From: Persephonella sp. | GTDB taxonomy: Bacteria; Aquificota; Aquificia; Aquificales; Hydrogenothermaceae | DNA length: 64,000 nt | Reading direction: 5' to 3' | Assembly (NCBI GenBank): GCA_027028005.1 | Contig: JALVKE010000198.1 | Span: forward strand, 166-64,165 | Part shown: in pieces, positions 35,873-44,978 of the stretch | Layout of the letters: every line of letters begins with the position of its first letter | How positions within the stretch are numbered: the first letter of the stretch is position 1 | Notes under the pieces: generated by a model | Seen by the model: only the letters and a program-made list of their open reading frames with translations | Told to the model about the DNA's origin: nothing | Databases searched by the model: none | Program-made: the position numbers and the translations under genes

Positions 35873-37690
35873 TTAAGGTTTTTTTAAGTTTTTCTTTCTT
35901 ATTCTAATGGCGTCAGGAGTTACTTCTATAAGTTCATCTTCAGCTATCCATTCCATAGCTTTCTCAAAATCCATCTCTTTGTGTGGTGTAACTTTTATAT
36001 TTTCATCATTTGCAGCAGCTCTAACGTTTGTAAGTTTTTTCTCCCTTGTTATGTTTACCCACAGGTCCTTATCCCTGTTGTGCTCTCCTATTACCATTCC
36101 TTCATAAACTTCTGTTCCTGGAGGAATAAAGAAGATTCCCCTATCCTGAAGACCGAAAATAGCATAAGGAGTTGCTACACCTTTCCTATCTGCCACAAGG
36201 GCACCATTTTGTCTTGTTTTTATATCTCCAAACCAAGGCTCCCAACCTTCAAAAATCGTGTTTATTAAACCTTCACCTCTTGTATCTGTCTTAAACTCAG
36301 AACGGTATCCTATAAGACCCCTTGATGGAACTAAAAACTCAAGTCTTACCCTTCCACTTCCGTGATTAATCATATTTATCATTTTTCCTTTTCTTGAACC
36401 AAGCTTTTCTGTAACAACTCCAACAAACTCCTCAGGAATATCTATAAGAACCCTTTCCACCGGCTCATGCTTAACACCATCTATATCTTTTGTTATAACC
36501 TCAGGTTTTGATACCTGAAACTCATATCCTTCTCTTCTCATCATCTCAGCAAGGATAGAAAGCTGCAGCTCCCCTCTTCCCATAACAAGGAAAGCTTCAG
36601 GGTTATCAGTGTCTTCAACTCTTATAGCAACATTTGTAAGAGTTTCTTTATAAAGCCTTTCTCTTAGATGTCTTGATGTTAAAAACTTTCCACTTCTTCC
36701 AGAGAAAGGAGAATCATTTACAGAAAAGATCATAGATATAGTAGGCTCTTCTACAGTTATTGGTGGTAGAGCTTCAGGATTTTCTGCGTCTGCTATTGTA
36801 TCTCCTATATGGATATCATCAAGACCTGCTATCGCTATGATATCTCCTGCTTTTGCTTCTTTTGTTTCTATTCTTTTTAGTCCTTCGTATGTGTATAAAG
36901 CTCTTACTGTCCCTTTTAAAACTGTTCCATCCCTCTTTACAACTGATACCTGCTGCCCAACTTTTACAGTTCCATTAAACACTCTTCCTATAGCAAGTCT
37001 TCCAACATAATTATCGTAGTCCAAAGATGTTATTAGAAATTGAAGTCCTTTTTCAGGGTCATACTCAGGTGCTGGCATATAATCAACGATTTTTTCAAAA
37101 AGAGGTCTCATATCTTTAGAGTCATCTTCAAGCTCTTCTTTGGCTATTCCTTCCTTTCCGATGGTATATAGGATAGGAAAGTCAAGCTGTTCTTCTTCTG
37201 CATCAAGGTCTATAAAAAGGTCATAAATCTCGTTTATAACCTCGTTTATCCTTGCATCTGGTCTATCTATCTTATTTATAACAACAAGAGGAGTTAATCC
37301 TGCCTCTAAAGCTTTTTGCAGAACAAATCTTGTCTGTGGCATTGGTCCTTCTGCTGCATCAACAAGAAGGATAACACCGTCAACCATTTTTAAAGTTCTT
37401 TCTACCTCTCCTCCAAAATCAGCGTGCCCCGGTGTATCAACAATGTTTATCTTTATATCTTTGTATCTGATAGCTGTGTTTTTTGCCATTATTGTTATTC
37501 CACGTTCTCTCTCAAGGTCTATGTTGTCTAAAACTCTCTCTTCTACCTCTTCATTTTCCCTAAACGTTCCACTCTGCTTTAAAAGAGCATCTACAAGAGT
37601 GGTTTTTCCATGGTCAACGTGGGCTATAATAGCCACGTTTCTAATATCCTTTCTTAATGTCTTTTTTCTGTTTTCAACGGTTTCTTTCAA
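35873..37690 (-). CDS. typA: translational GTPase TypA/BipA
   Basis: [14 protein letters not shown] and NKID GTPase motifs. 605 aa with an EF-G-like domain order. Confidence 0.95.
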   Translation of the reverse strand: MKETVENRKKTLRKDIRNVAIIAHVDHGKTTLVDALLKQSGTFRENEEVEERVLDNIDLERERGITIMAKNTAIRYKDIKINIVDTPGHADFGGEVERTLKMVDGVILLVDAAEGPMPQTRFVLQKALEAGLTPLVVINKIDRPDARINEVINEIYDLFIDLDAEEEQLDFPILYTIGKEGIAKEELEDDSKDMRPLFEKIVDYMPAPEYDPEKGLQFLITSLDYDNYVGRLAIGRVFNGTVKVGQQVSVVKRDGTVLKGTVRALYTYEGLKRIETKEAKAGDIIAIAGLDDIHIGDTIADAENPEALPPITVEEPTISMIFSVNDSPFSGRSGKFLTSRHLRERLYKETLTNVAIRVEDTDNPEAFLVMGRGELQLSILAEMMRREGYEFQVSKPEVITKDIDGVKHEPVERVLIDIPEEFVGVVTEKLGSRKGKMINMINHGSGRVRLEFLVPSRGLIGYRSEFKTDTRGEGLINTIFEGWEPWFGDIKTRQNGALVADRKGVATPYAIFGLQDRGIFFIPPGTEVYEGMVIGEHNRDKDLWVNITREKKLTNVRAAANDENIKVTPHKEMDFEKAMEWIAEDELIEVTPDAIRIRKKNLKKP

Positions 37691-37765
37691 ATCTTTACCT
37701 CTCTAAAATTATTTAAAATGTTATTTTATAATCAGAAATTTATAAAAAAACTATGATTTATCAAA

Positions 37766-38281
37766 CTATCTACTAACAATTTTTGTTTTTTTGATAATAA
37801 CAGGAGCTATAGGGACATCTGACATGCCTTTTACTGTATGAGTTGGAATTCTTGCTATCTTTTCAACAACAGACATTCCCTCTATAACTTTACCAAAAAC
37901 GGTGTATCCGTACATATCAACAGATTCAGGATCTCCATAATCAAGTTTATAGTTATCTGAAAGATTTATATAAAACTGAGACGTCGCACTGTCAGGGTCT
38001 GAAGTTCTTGCCATTGCAACAGTTCCCCTTAGATTTTTAAGACCGTTATTTGCCTCATTTTTTATAGGGGGATACGTTGGCATCCTGTAGTTCAAATCTT
38101 TATCAAACCCTCCACCTTGAACTACAAAGTTTGGAATTACTCTATGGAAGATAAGACCTTCATAAAAACCATCTTCTACATACCTTAAGAAGTTTTCTAC
38201 TGTAACAGGAGCCTTTTCAGGGAACAACTCTATCTTGAAAGAACCAATATTAGTTTCTATCTCAACAACTGGATTACCCAT
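37766..38281 (-). CDS. cyclophilin-type peptidyl-prolyl isomerase
   Basis: FHRVIPNFVVQGG and SQFYINL motifs. ATG 38281 (MGNPVV) gives an 8-nt overlap with the upstream gene, although the ORF opens at 38299. Confidence 0.85.
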   Translation of the reverse strand: MGNPVVEIETNIGSFKIELFPEKAPVTVENFLRYVEDGFYEGLIFHRVIPNFVVQGGGFDKDLNYRMPTYPPIKNEANNGLKNLRGTVAMARTSDPDSATSQFYINLSDNYKLDYGDPESVDMYGYTVFGKVIEGMSVVEKIARIPTHTVKGMSDVPIAPVIIKKTKIVSR

Positions 38282-39167
38282 TTCCTCCTCCTTTTGCATA
38301 AGCTAAAGCTCCATATGCACCGCTAAACTCTCCAAGTTTAGATAGACCAATTTCTACATCTCTAAAAGGAAGAGGAAAGGCTAACTTTTTTAAATCAGCA
38401 GTAGCCATCTCAACTAACGCTGGATAATGCTCAGGTATTCCTCCAGAGAGAATTATTTTATCTGGGTTAAAAAGATGAACAAGGTTCATAAGACCATATG
38501 CCAGATATCTAGAAAACTCTTCTAAACTTTCCATTGCTATCTCATTTCCCTCATTTGCAAGGATAATGATCTCAGATGAAGGGATATGTTTATCTGTTTT
38601 AAAAAAGTAAATTCTCTCAAGCCCATAGGAAGAGACATAAGCCTCTAAACATCCTTTTCTTCCACAGTGACAGAGCCAACCATTTTTATCTATAGTCATA
38701 TGTCCCACTTCCATAGCAGAACCAGAAACACCTGTAAGCAGATTTCCATTTATAACAGCTCCACCGCCTAAACCTGTCCCAAGAGTAAGACATAAGAGTA
38801 TCTCAGCATCTTTTCCAGCTCCGTATATATACTCTCCGTAAGCTGCTAAAGTTGCATCATTTTCAACATACACAGGAACATTAAGCCTTTTCTCAAGTTC
38901 CTCTTTTAGATTTAGATCTTCAATAGGTTTTATATTTGGAGAAGCTGTTATCCTGCCAGTTTTTTTATCTATCAAACCTGCCACTGCAACTCCAAGAGCC
39001 TTTGGAGAGTGTTTTTCCACTATATTTTTTATCTCTTTTAAAAGCTCCTCTCTATTTCCCTGTGAGACAATATCCTTAACAAAAATTTTACCTGTTTCAA
39101 TCCCATCACTGTTTTCAAAAGCATACTTTATAAATGTTCCACCAATATCTAATCCTAAATACCCCAT
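38274..39167 (-). CDS. ROK-family glucokinase
   Basis: N-terminal LGLDIGGT, and the ROK zinc motif GHMTID.NG..CHCGRKGCLE. Confidence 0.85.
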   Translation of the reverse strand: MGYLGLDIGGTFIKYAFENSDGIETGKIFVKDIVSQGNREELLKEIKNIVEKHSPKALGVAVAGLIDKKTGRITASPNIKPIEDLNLKEELEKRLNVPVYVENDATLAAYGEYIYGAGKDAEILLCLTLGTGLGGGAVINGNLLTGVSGSAMEVGHMTIDKNGWLCHCGRKGCLEAYVSSYGLERIYFFKTDKHIPSSEIIILANEGNEIAMESLEEFSRYLAYGLMNLVHLFNPDKIILSGGIPEHYPALVEMATADLKKLAFPLPFRDVEIGLSKLGEFSGAYGALAYAKGGGNG

Positions 39168-39680
39168 TTAACCTCTCTCTTTAAGCATTGCTGTTAGTAT
39201 TTTCATCATTTCAGGCATAGCCTTTGGATCTGTTCCTGTTATGATGTTTCCATCAACCTCAACAGGTTTTCCTGTGTATATTGCTCCTGCATTTTCTATA
39301 TCATCTCTAATGGAGAAAAATCCTGTAACCCTTTTTCCTTTTATTATCCTTGCTGAGATTAGTGCCCATGGTCCATGACATATAGCAGCTACAATCTTTC
39401 CTTCGTTATACATCTTTCTTATAAACTCTAATGTTTCTTTATCTCTTCTAAATCTATCAGGAGCATAACCACCAGGGATAAATACACACTCGTACATATC
39501 AGTGTTATCAGGATCTATTTTTTTAGAGGCATGGAATATCATTCCTTTCTTTCCTACAAACTCTCCAACTCTAGGAGCTAGAACATCAACAATATAACCT
39601 TCCTCTTTGAACCTGTATAAAGGATATATAAACTCAACATCCTCAACTAAATCTTCTAACAGCAAAGCTATTCTTTTCAT
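39168..39680 (-). CDS. DJ-1/PfpI-family protease/deglycase
   Basis: Nucleophile elbow AAICHGP and FIPGG. 170 aa. Confidence 0.85.
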   Translation of the reverse strand: MKRIALLLEDLVEDVEFIYPLYRFKEEGYIVDVLAPRVGEFVGKKGMIFHASKKIDPDNTDMYECVFIPGGYAPDRFRRDKETLEFIRKMYNEGKIVAAICHGPWALISARIIKGKRVTGFFSIRDDIENAGAIYTGKPVEVDGNIITGTDPKAMPEMMKILTAMLKERG

Positions 39681-39682
39681 GA

Positions 39683-40354
39683 TTACTTCTCCTGGGAGTA
39701 TTTAGCTTTTACATATATATATCTTAAAGGATTTACAGGTTTTCCGTTTTTTCTTATCTCATAATGGAGATGAACCCCTGTAGTTCTCCCTGTCTTGCCA
39801 GCGTATCCTATAATCTGTCCTGCTTTAACAGGCTGATTCTTACCAACCCTCTTATAGGCAAGATGAGCATACCACGTTTCATATCCATTTTTGTGTCTTA
39901 TAATTACAACCTTCCCATAACCTCTTTTCCATCCTGAAAATACAACAACACCATCAGCTGTTGCCCTTACAGGCTGTTTGTACGTCGCTTTAATATCAAT
40001 TCCTGTATGAAACTTTAAAATGCCAGTAAATGGATCAGGTCTGTAACCAAATTTTGATGTTATAACTCCTTTTAATGGAAAACCGTAAGGTATCTTTCTA
40101 GAGATATATCTTCTACTGTAAGAAACATTTTTCTTTTTGTATGTGTTTTTTGTAGAAGAAATCTCTTTTGATACAAGTTTTTCAATAGAAGCAATAAGGG
40201 ATAACTTTTCCTCTTTTAACTGTGCTATCTGATTTTCCTGCTTTTTTATTAACTGTTTAAGCTCTTTTTCCTTTTTTAAATGATAAACATGTGAAGAAAA
40301 GGCAAAAACGGCAAAAACTGTAAGGGCAACGCTGTAAATCTTATACAGTTTCAT
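39683..40354 (-). CDS. M23-family (LytM-type) metallopeptidase
   Basis: N-terminal TM and coiled coil. Zinc motifs HTGIDI and GVHLHYEI. Confidence 0.85.
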   Translation of the reverse strand: MKLYKIYSVALTVFAVFAFSSHVYHLKKEKELKQLIKKQENQIAQLKEEKLSLIASIEKLVSKEISSTKNTYKKKNVSYSRRYISRKIPYGFPLKGVITSKFGYRPDPFTGILKFHTGIDIKATYKQPVRATADGVVVFSGWKRGYGKVVIIRHKNGYETWYAHLAYKRVGKNQPVKAGQIIGYAGKTGRTTGVHLHYEIRKNGKPVNPLRYIYVKAKYSQEK

Positions 40355-41334
40355 TAGCAGTTCTCCTTTAGAATTTTTGCAGCTTCCTTTGCGTGATACG
40401 TTATTATGATGTCTGCGCCAGCCCTTTTTATAGATGTTAATGTTTCCATCATAACCTTCTTTTCGTCAATCCATCCTAATTTTCCAGCTGCCTTTATCAT
40501 AGAGTATTCACCACTCACATTGTAAGCAGCTACAGGAAGATTAAAGTTTTTTCTTATATCACTGATGATATCTAGATACGCCAAAGCAGGTTTTACCATA
40601 ACAATGTCTGCACCTTCTTCTATGTCTAAAGCTACTTCTCTTAAAGCTTCTCTTCTGTTTGCAGGATCCATCTGATACGTTCTCCTGTCTCCAAATGCAG
40701 GAGCTGACTCAGCAGCATCTCTAAAAGGTCCGTAGTAAGCAGATGCGTATTTTGCTGAGTAAGACATAATAGGAATGTTTGAAAAGCCTGCCTCATCTAA
40801 AGCTTCTCTTATTGCTTTTACAACGCCGTCCATCATTCCAGAAGGAGCTACCATATCTGCCCCAGCTTTTGCATGAGATACAACCTGTTTTTTTGTATTT
40901 TCCAAAGTAAGGTCGTTATTCACATCATGTTCATGTAAAACTCCGCAGTGTCCATGCTCAGTGTATTCACAGAAGCATACATCAGTTATAACGTACAACT
41001 GAGGATAATTCTTTTTTATATGTCTTATAGCCTTTTGTATAATCCCCTCTTCACTCCATGTATCACTTCCAACAGCATCTTTATGAGAAGGAATTCCAAA
41101 AAGAAGCACTGCAGGGATTCCAAGCTCTACAACTTCATCAAGTTCCTCATCTATTCTATCTAGTGAATACCTGTGGATTCCAGGCATTGAAGGAATTTCT
41201 ATCTTTATATTTTCCCCATCTTCTATAAATAGAGGATATATAAAATCGTCTACAGACAGATTGGTCTCCCTCACAAGTCTTCTTATATTTTCGTTTCTTC
41301 TCAATCTCCTTGGTCTGTGGATAGGAAAAGCCAT
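40354..41334 (-). CDS. hemB: porphobilinogen synthase
   Basis: HRPRRLR N-terminus, Zn-site [14 protein letters not shown], and Schiff-base lysines (VMVKPAL; [10 protein letters not shown]). Confidence 0.95.
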   Translation of the reverse strand: MAFPIHRPRRLRRNENIRRLVRETNLSVDDFIYPLFIEDGENIKIEIPSMPGIHRYSLDRIDEELDEVVELGIPAVLLFGIPSHKDAVGSDTWSEEGIIQKAIRHIKKNYPQLYVITDVCFCEYTEHGHCGVLHEHDVNNDLTLENTKKQVVSHAKAGADMVAPSGMMDGVVKAIREALDEAGFSNIPIMSYSAKYASAYYGPFRDAAESAPAFGDRRTYQMDPANRREALREVALDIEEGADIVMVKPALAYLDIISDIRKNFNLPVAAYNVSGEYSMIKAAGKLGWIDEKKVMMETLTSIKRAGADIIITYHAKEAAKILKENC

Positions 41335-41483
41335 GGCATCTCACCTCAACTTTTTATAAAAATTTTTTGTCTATATCTCATTACTTCAAGATAGCGTTTC
41401 TGCATATAGAAGCTGATTTTTTTAGTTTACCACAGGCTTAAGAAAAAAATGAGTAGTAGAAAAACAGAAAGTTTTTATCTCTG

Positions 41484-41512
41484 TTGACAAGCTTAATAGT
41501 AACTATTATCAT
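41484..41512 (+). promoter_or_regulatory. candidate sigma-70 promoter of the periplasmic redox cluster
   Basis: TTGACA (41484-41489), a 17-nt spacer, then TATCAT (41507-41512). The first gene's ATG is at 41554 with a GGAGG RBS. Confidence 0.45.
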
Positions 41513-41534
41513 TATCTTAACAGTAATCATTACT
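41499..41534. promoter_or_regulatory. Fur/PerR-family operator candidates
   Basis: ATTATCATTATC (41505-41516) is the reverse complement of GATAATGATAAT, the first 12 nt of the classical Fur box, and overlaps the -10. A perfect 6-1-6 palindrome AGTAAT-C-ATTACT lies at 41522-41534 (TAATnATTA core). Confidence 0.4.
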
Positions 41535-41553
41535 AATACTATGGAGGTTTATT

Positions 41554-42321
41554 ATGATTGTTAAAACTATCTTTACCACGGTATTTTTACTTACAGTTTT
41601 TATTTCTGCATTAGCTAATGAGGAGATAAAAGTAGGAAATCACTATTTAGTAGCCTATGTAAAGTATTTTGCTATGGCTAATGAGAAAAATTACCACAAC
41701 TCTTCTGGTACCGGGATTATTGAGGGATACGTAATATTCAATGGGAAAAAGATTCCAAAAAATAGAAGAAAGCTGATAACAAAGGACAGGAAGGTATGTG
41801 GGAAAGGTTTCAAAATTGATAGAGTCTACATAATTGGTAAAAATAAAGGTGTTAAAAACGCCGTTGTCTATATTTCAGATCTAAAAGTAAAAAAACCGGA
41901 AGAAAGATTGTTAATTCAGAAAAAGTGTGAATTCCATCCTAGAGTACTTTCTATGTCAGCTGGTTCTGTACTTGTAATAAGAAATGATGATCCAATCAAA
42001 CATGAGGCTACAGGAGTACAGAACTTTGAAACAATTTTCAAGGTTCCTCAACCTAAAAAAGGGATGGTGGATAAAGTTAGATTAAACAATCCAGGCATTG
42101 TAAAAATCACCTGTAGTATTCATGGATGGATGATAGCATGGGCTGTTATTCCTCCAAATCCATTTCACGCTGTAACAGATGAAGAAGGAAAATTCGTTAT
42201 AAAAGATGTTCCTGCAGGAGAATACACTTTAAAACTTTGGCATGAAGGATTTGGGGAAAAAGAAATAAAAGTTAACGTTCAAGAAGGGAAAACTACACAC
42301 GTTACATTCAAGGTTCAATAG
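41554..42321 (+). CDS. secreted cupredoxin-like protein with C-terminal carboxypeptidase-regulatory-like (Ig-type) domain
   Basis: Signal peptide MIVKTIFTTVFLLTVFISALA. Candidate type-1 Cu ligand pattern (H..KHEATG ... CSIHGWM = C-x2-H-x2-M). C-terminal TDEEGKFVIKDVPAGEYTLKLWHEG. Confidence 0.6.
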   Translation: MIVKTIFTTVFLLTVFISALANEEIKVGNHYLVAYVKYFAMANEKNYHNSSGTGIIEGYVIFNGKKIPKNRRKLITKDRKVCGKGFKIDRVYIIGKNKGVKNAVVYISDLKVKKPEERLLIQKKCEFHPRVLSMSAGSVLVIRNDDPIKHEATGVQNFETIFKVPQPKKGMVDKVRLNNPGIVKITCSIHGWMIAWAVIPPNPFHAVTDEEGKFVIKDVPAGEYTLKLWHEGFGEKEIKVNVQEGKTTHVTFKVQ

Positions 42322-42345
42322 AACATCTATTTAGGAGGTATAAAA

Positions 42346-43443
42346 ATGAAAGGGAAAATGTTCACTTTTGCAATTAGTCTAGGGCTTATAGTAGGGGTTT
42401 CATTTGCCAATGGAGATATGAGGCTTAAATCTCTTCCAGATAAACCTCCTGAGCCAGAGGATAACCTAACAACACCTGAAAAAGTTGAGCTTGGAAAGTT
42501 CCTTTACTTTGATCCCAGGTTATCAGGAGATGGAAGTACATCCTGTGCAACATGTCATGACCCTTCAGAAGCTTGGGGTAAAAATCAGGTAATGTCTCCA
42601 GCGTATCCTGGAAATGCACATTTTAGACATTCACCTACTATCTTAAACTCGGCATATAACTCTTTAATGTTTTGGGATGGTAGAGCAAAAACTCTGGAAG
42701 AGCAGGCAAAGAAACCTATTATCACACCTTTTGAGATGAACCTTCATTATGATCTTATGATTGAAAGACTAAGAGCTATATCCAAGTACAGAAGTATGTT
42801 TAAAAAAGCATTTCCCAATGATAAAGAACCTGTAACACTGGAGAACACTGTAAAAGCTATTGCTGCATTTGAAAGAACTATAGTCTGTAATGATACTCCA
42901 TTAGACAGATATCTTAGAGGAGATAGCAATGCCCTGAGCAAAAAGCAAAAGTTAGGTTTAAAGTTATTCCTAGGTAAGGCAGGTTGTATCCAGTGTCATA
43001 ACGGTGAAAACCTAACTGATAATAAATTTCATGTTACAGGCGTTCCCAAAAGTAAGGCAGAAGATAACGTCCTAACAAAGATAACAAGAAATTTTGCTAT
43101 AAGACAGTTTGGGTTTGATAATCCATATCAGTTTGATAGAGATTTAGGCAGATTTTTTATAACAAAAGATCCAGAGGACAAAGGAGCATTTAAAACTCCT
43201 ACTCTAAGAAATGTAGCACTTACCCCACCTTACATGCATAATGGAGCCTTTAAAACACTAAAAGAGGTAGTTGAATTTTACAATAAAGGCGGAGGAGATG
43301 CTCAAAATAAAGATTCCCGTCTAAAACCTTTAAATCTTTCAGAAGAAGAAAAATCAGCATTAATAGCATTTTTAAAAGCATTAACATGCGAAAACATACC
43401 ACAAATAGAAGAACCTGAGTTACCAGATTTTGATCAAAAATAA
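42346..43443 (+). CDS. di-haem cytochrome c peroxidase (CcpA/MauG family)
   Basis: Signal peptide. Haem motifs CATCHD and CIQCHNG. PTLRNVALTPPYMHNGAF signature. Confidence 0.9.
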   Translation: MKGKMFTFAISLGLIVGVSFANGDMRLKSLPDKPPEPEDNLTTPEKVELGKFLYFDPRLSGDGSTSCATCHDPSEAWGKNQVMSPAYPGNAHFRHSPTILNSAYNSLMFWDGRAKTLEEQAKKPIITPFEMNLHYDLMIERLRAISKYRSMFKKAFPNDKEPVTLENTVKAIAAFERTIVCNDTPLDRYLRGDSNALSKKQKLGLKLFLGKAGCIQCHNGENLTDNKFHVTGVPKSKAEDNVLTKITRNFAIRQFGFDNPYQFDRDLGRFFITKDPEDKGAFKTPTLRNVALTPPYMHNGAFKTLKEVVEFYNKGGGDAQNKDSRLKPLNLSEEEKSALIAFLKALTCENIPQIEEPELPDFDQK

Positions 43444-43459
43444 AAAGGAGGTTATAAAA

Positions 43460-44479
43460 ATGAAGATTTCAAGAAGAAATCTCATTAAACTATCTGCAAC
43501 AGCTGGTTTAACAGCTTTTACAGCAACTTCAATATCTCCACTTCTGGGAGTTATAAATGTAGCACAGGCTAATCCTTTGAAGAAGACAAAGATTGTTCCT
43601 TTTAATTTTGCAGTAATTGGAGATGCTCATCTGTACGAAATACCAAACCACAGATTTGATAAAACCCTTGAAAAAGCTGTGAACCAGGTCCTGAACATGA
43701 AACCAAAACCTGATTTTGTAGTGTTTTTAGGAGATCTTGCGAACTTTGGTAAGAAAGAAGAGCTTTTAAAAGGAAAAAGAATTTTAGATAAACTGAGAAA
43801 AGCAAAAATTCCTTACAGGATAATTCCTGGAGAACATGATTGGTACTTTGATTTAGGAAAATTCTGGAAAGAGCTTTTTGGCTCGCCTTATTGGAGCTTT
43901 AACTATAAAGGAGTTCACTTTATAGGGATGAACTCTATAATCGTTAAAGATTTCTGGACAACAAGAGATATGACTCCATGGGAAAGAATGCTTGCTATAG
44001 CTGAACTTGAATGTGATATATGTGGATTATGGGGAGTTGGAGAAAAACAACTTCAATGGTTAAAAGAAGATGTAAAAAATCTTCCTCCTGATACTCCTAT
44101 AGTTATTTTTACACACTCACCATTGTGGAACTATTATCCCCGTTGGAATTTCCAGACTAAAGATGCAGATGCAATAAGGGATATTCTCTCAAAATTTGAA
44201 AAAGTTATAGCTATACATGGACATGTACATCAAGTTGTTTATAACAGAACAGGAAATATGGTTCATATTGGAAACCTTGCAACATCCTGGCCTTGGCCTT
44301 ATCCACCTGTTAAACTGCCATACCCAAAAATAATTATGAACAGGGTAGATCCTGGAGATATGTACGATGGAGTAGGATTTTCCACAACATACATAGATGA
44401 TACATTCTTAGGGAATATGAAATATGTAGAGTGGGCAGATCTAATACCAAAAGACTTTAAAAACAGTATTCCATTATAA
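43460..44479 (+). CDS. Tat-exported metallophosphoesterase (calcineurin-like)
   Basis: Twin-arginine signal MKISRRNLIKLSATAGLTAF...AQA. Motifs IGDAH, GDLANFG, PGEHD and HGHVH. AAGGAGG RBS before ATG 43460, although the ORF opens at 43430. Confidence 0.8.
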   Translation: MKISRRNLIKLSATAGLTAFTATSISPLLGVINVAQANPLKKTKIVPFNFAVIGDAHLYEIPNHRFDKTLEKAVNQVLNMKPKPDFVVFLGDLANFGKKEELLKGKRILDKLRKAKIPYRIIPGEHDWYFDLGKFWKELFGSPYWSFNYKGVHFIGMNSIIVKDFWTTRDMTPWERMLAIAELECDICGLWGVGEKQLQWLKEDVKNLPPDTPIVIFTHSPLWNYYPRWNFQTKDADAIRDILSKFEKVIAIHGHVHQVVYNRTGNMVHIGNLATSWPWPYPPVKLPYPKIIMNRVDPGDMYDGVGFSTTYIDDTFLGNMKYVEWADLIPKDFKNSIPL

Positions 44480-44494
44480 AAGGAGGTGTAAGCT

Positions 44495-44949
44495 ATGAGA
44501 ATAAAAAATACATTCCTTACAGGAATATTACTTGCAGGTGTTCTTATAAGTGAATCAAATGGTAAACCTCCATTTGAGAAAGAAGAATTAAAACTTATGA
44601 AAGAAGAATTAATTAATCTTGTAAAAAAGGGGATGAGCTTTGGCACAGTCCAAAACTTGGGACAAATGGTCTAACCTGTGCCAACTGCCATCCAGATGCA
44701 GCCTACTCAAACCCAAATACATTTCCTAAATATCAGTCTAACATAGGTAAAGTAGCTACATTAAGAGAAATGATAAACTGGTGTATTCAAATTCCTTTAG
44801 AAGGAAAATCCTTACCAGAAGACAGTGAAGAAATGAAAGCTTTAGAAACATACTCCATATATATGTATAGAGGATTTAAACTAAAACCAGGAGATAATGA
44901 GAAAGCCTATCCTTCTATAAAAGTTGAATCAGGTCCAGGATATCCTTAG
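44495..44949 (+). pseudogene. small periplasmic cytochrome c. The frame switches by -1 at A-AAA-AAG (44623-44629), either as a frameshift mutation or error, or as programmed -1 frameshifting.
   Basis: AGGAGG RBS (44481-44486). The zero frame encodes a signal peptide plus 59 aa to TAA at 44672-44674. The -1 frame continues as GDELWHSPKLGTNGLTCANCHPD... to TAG at 44947-44949. The joined product would be 151 aa. Confidence 0.7.
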
Positions 44950-44956
44950 ATTGAAT

Positions 44957-44978
44957 GAGAGACCCTAAAGGGTCTCTC
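44957..44978 (+). terminator. stem-loop after the cytochrome c gene (no clear U-tract)
   Basis: GAGAGACCC-TAAA-GGGTCTCTC, a 9-bp perfect stem starting 8 nt after the stop codon. Confidence 0.4.

Noticed and set aside
41156-41344. 62-aa ORF overlapping the hemB 5' end, in another frame on the same strand.
   Set aside because: It lies within the well-supported hemB coding region, and it has no RBS and no motif.
44299-44646. 115-aa minus-strand ORF spanning the phosphoesterase/cytochrome c junction.
   Set aside because: It is antisense to two motif-supported plus-strand genes and has no RBS. The cytochrome c frames explain this region better.
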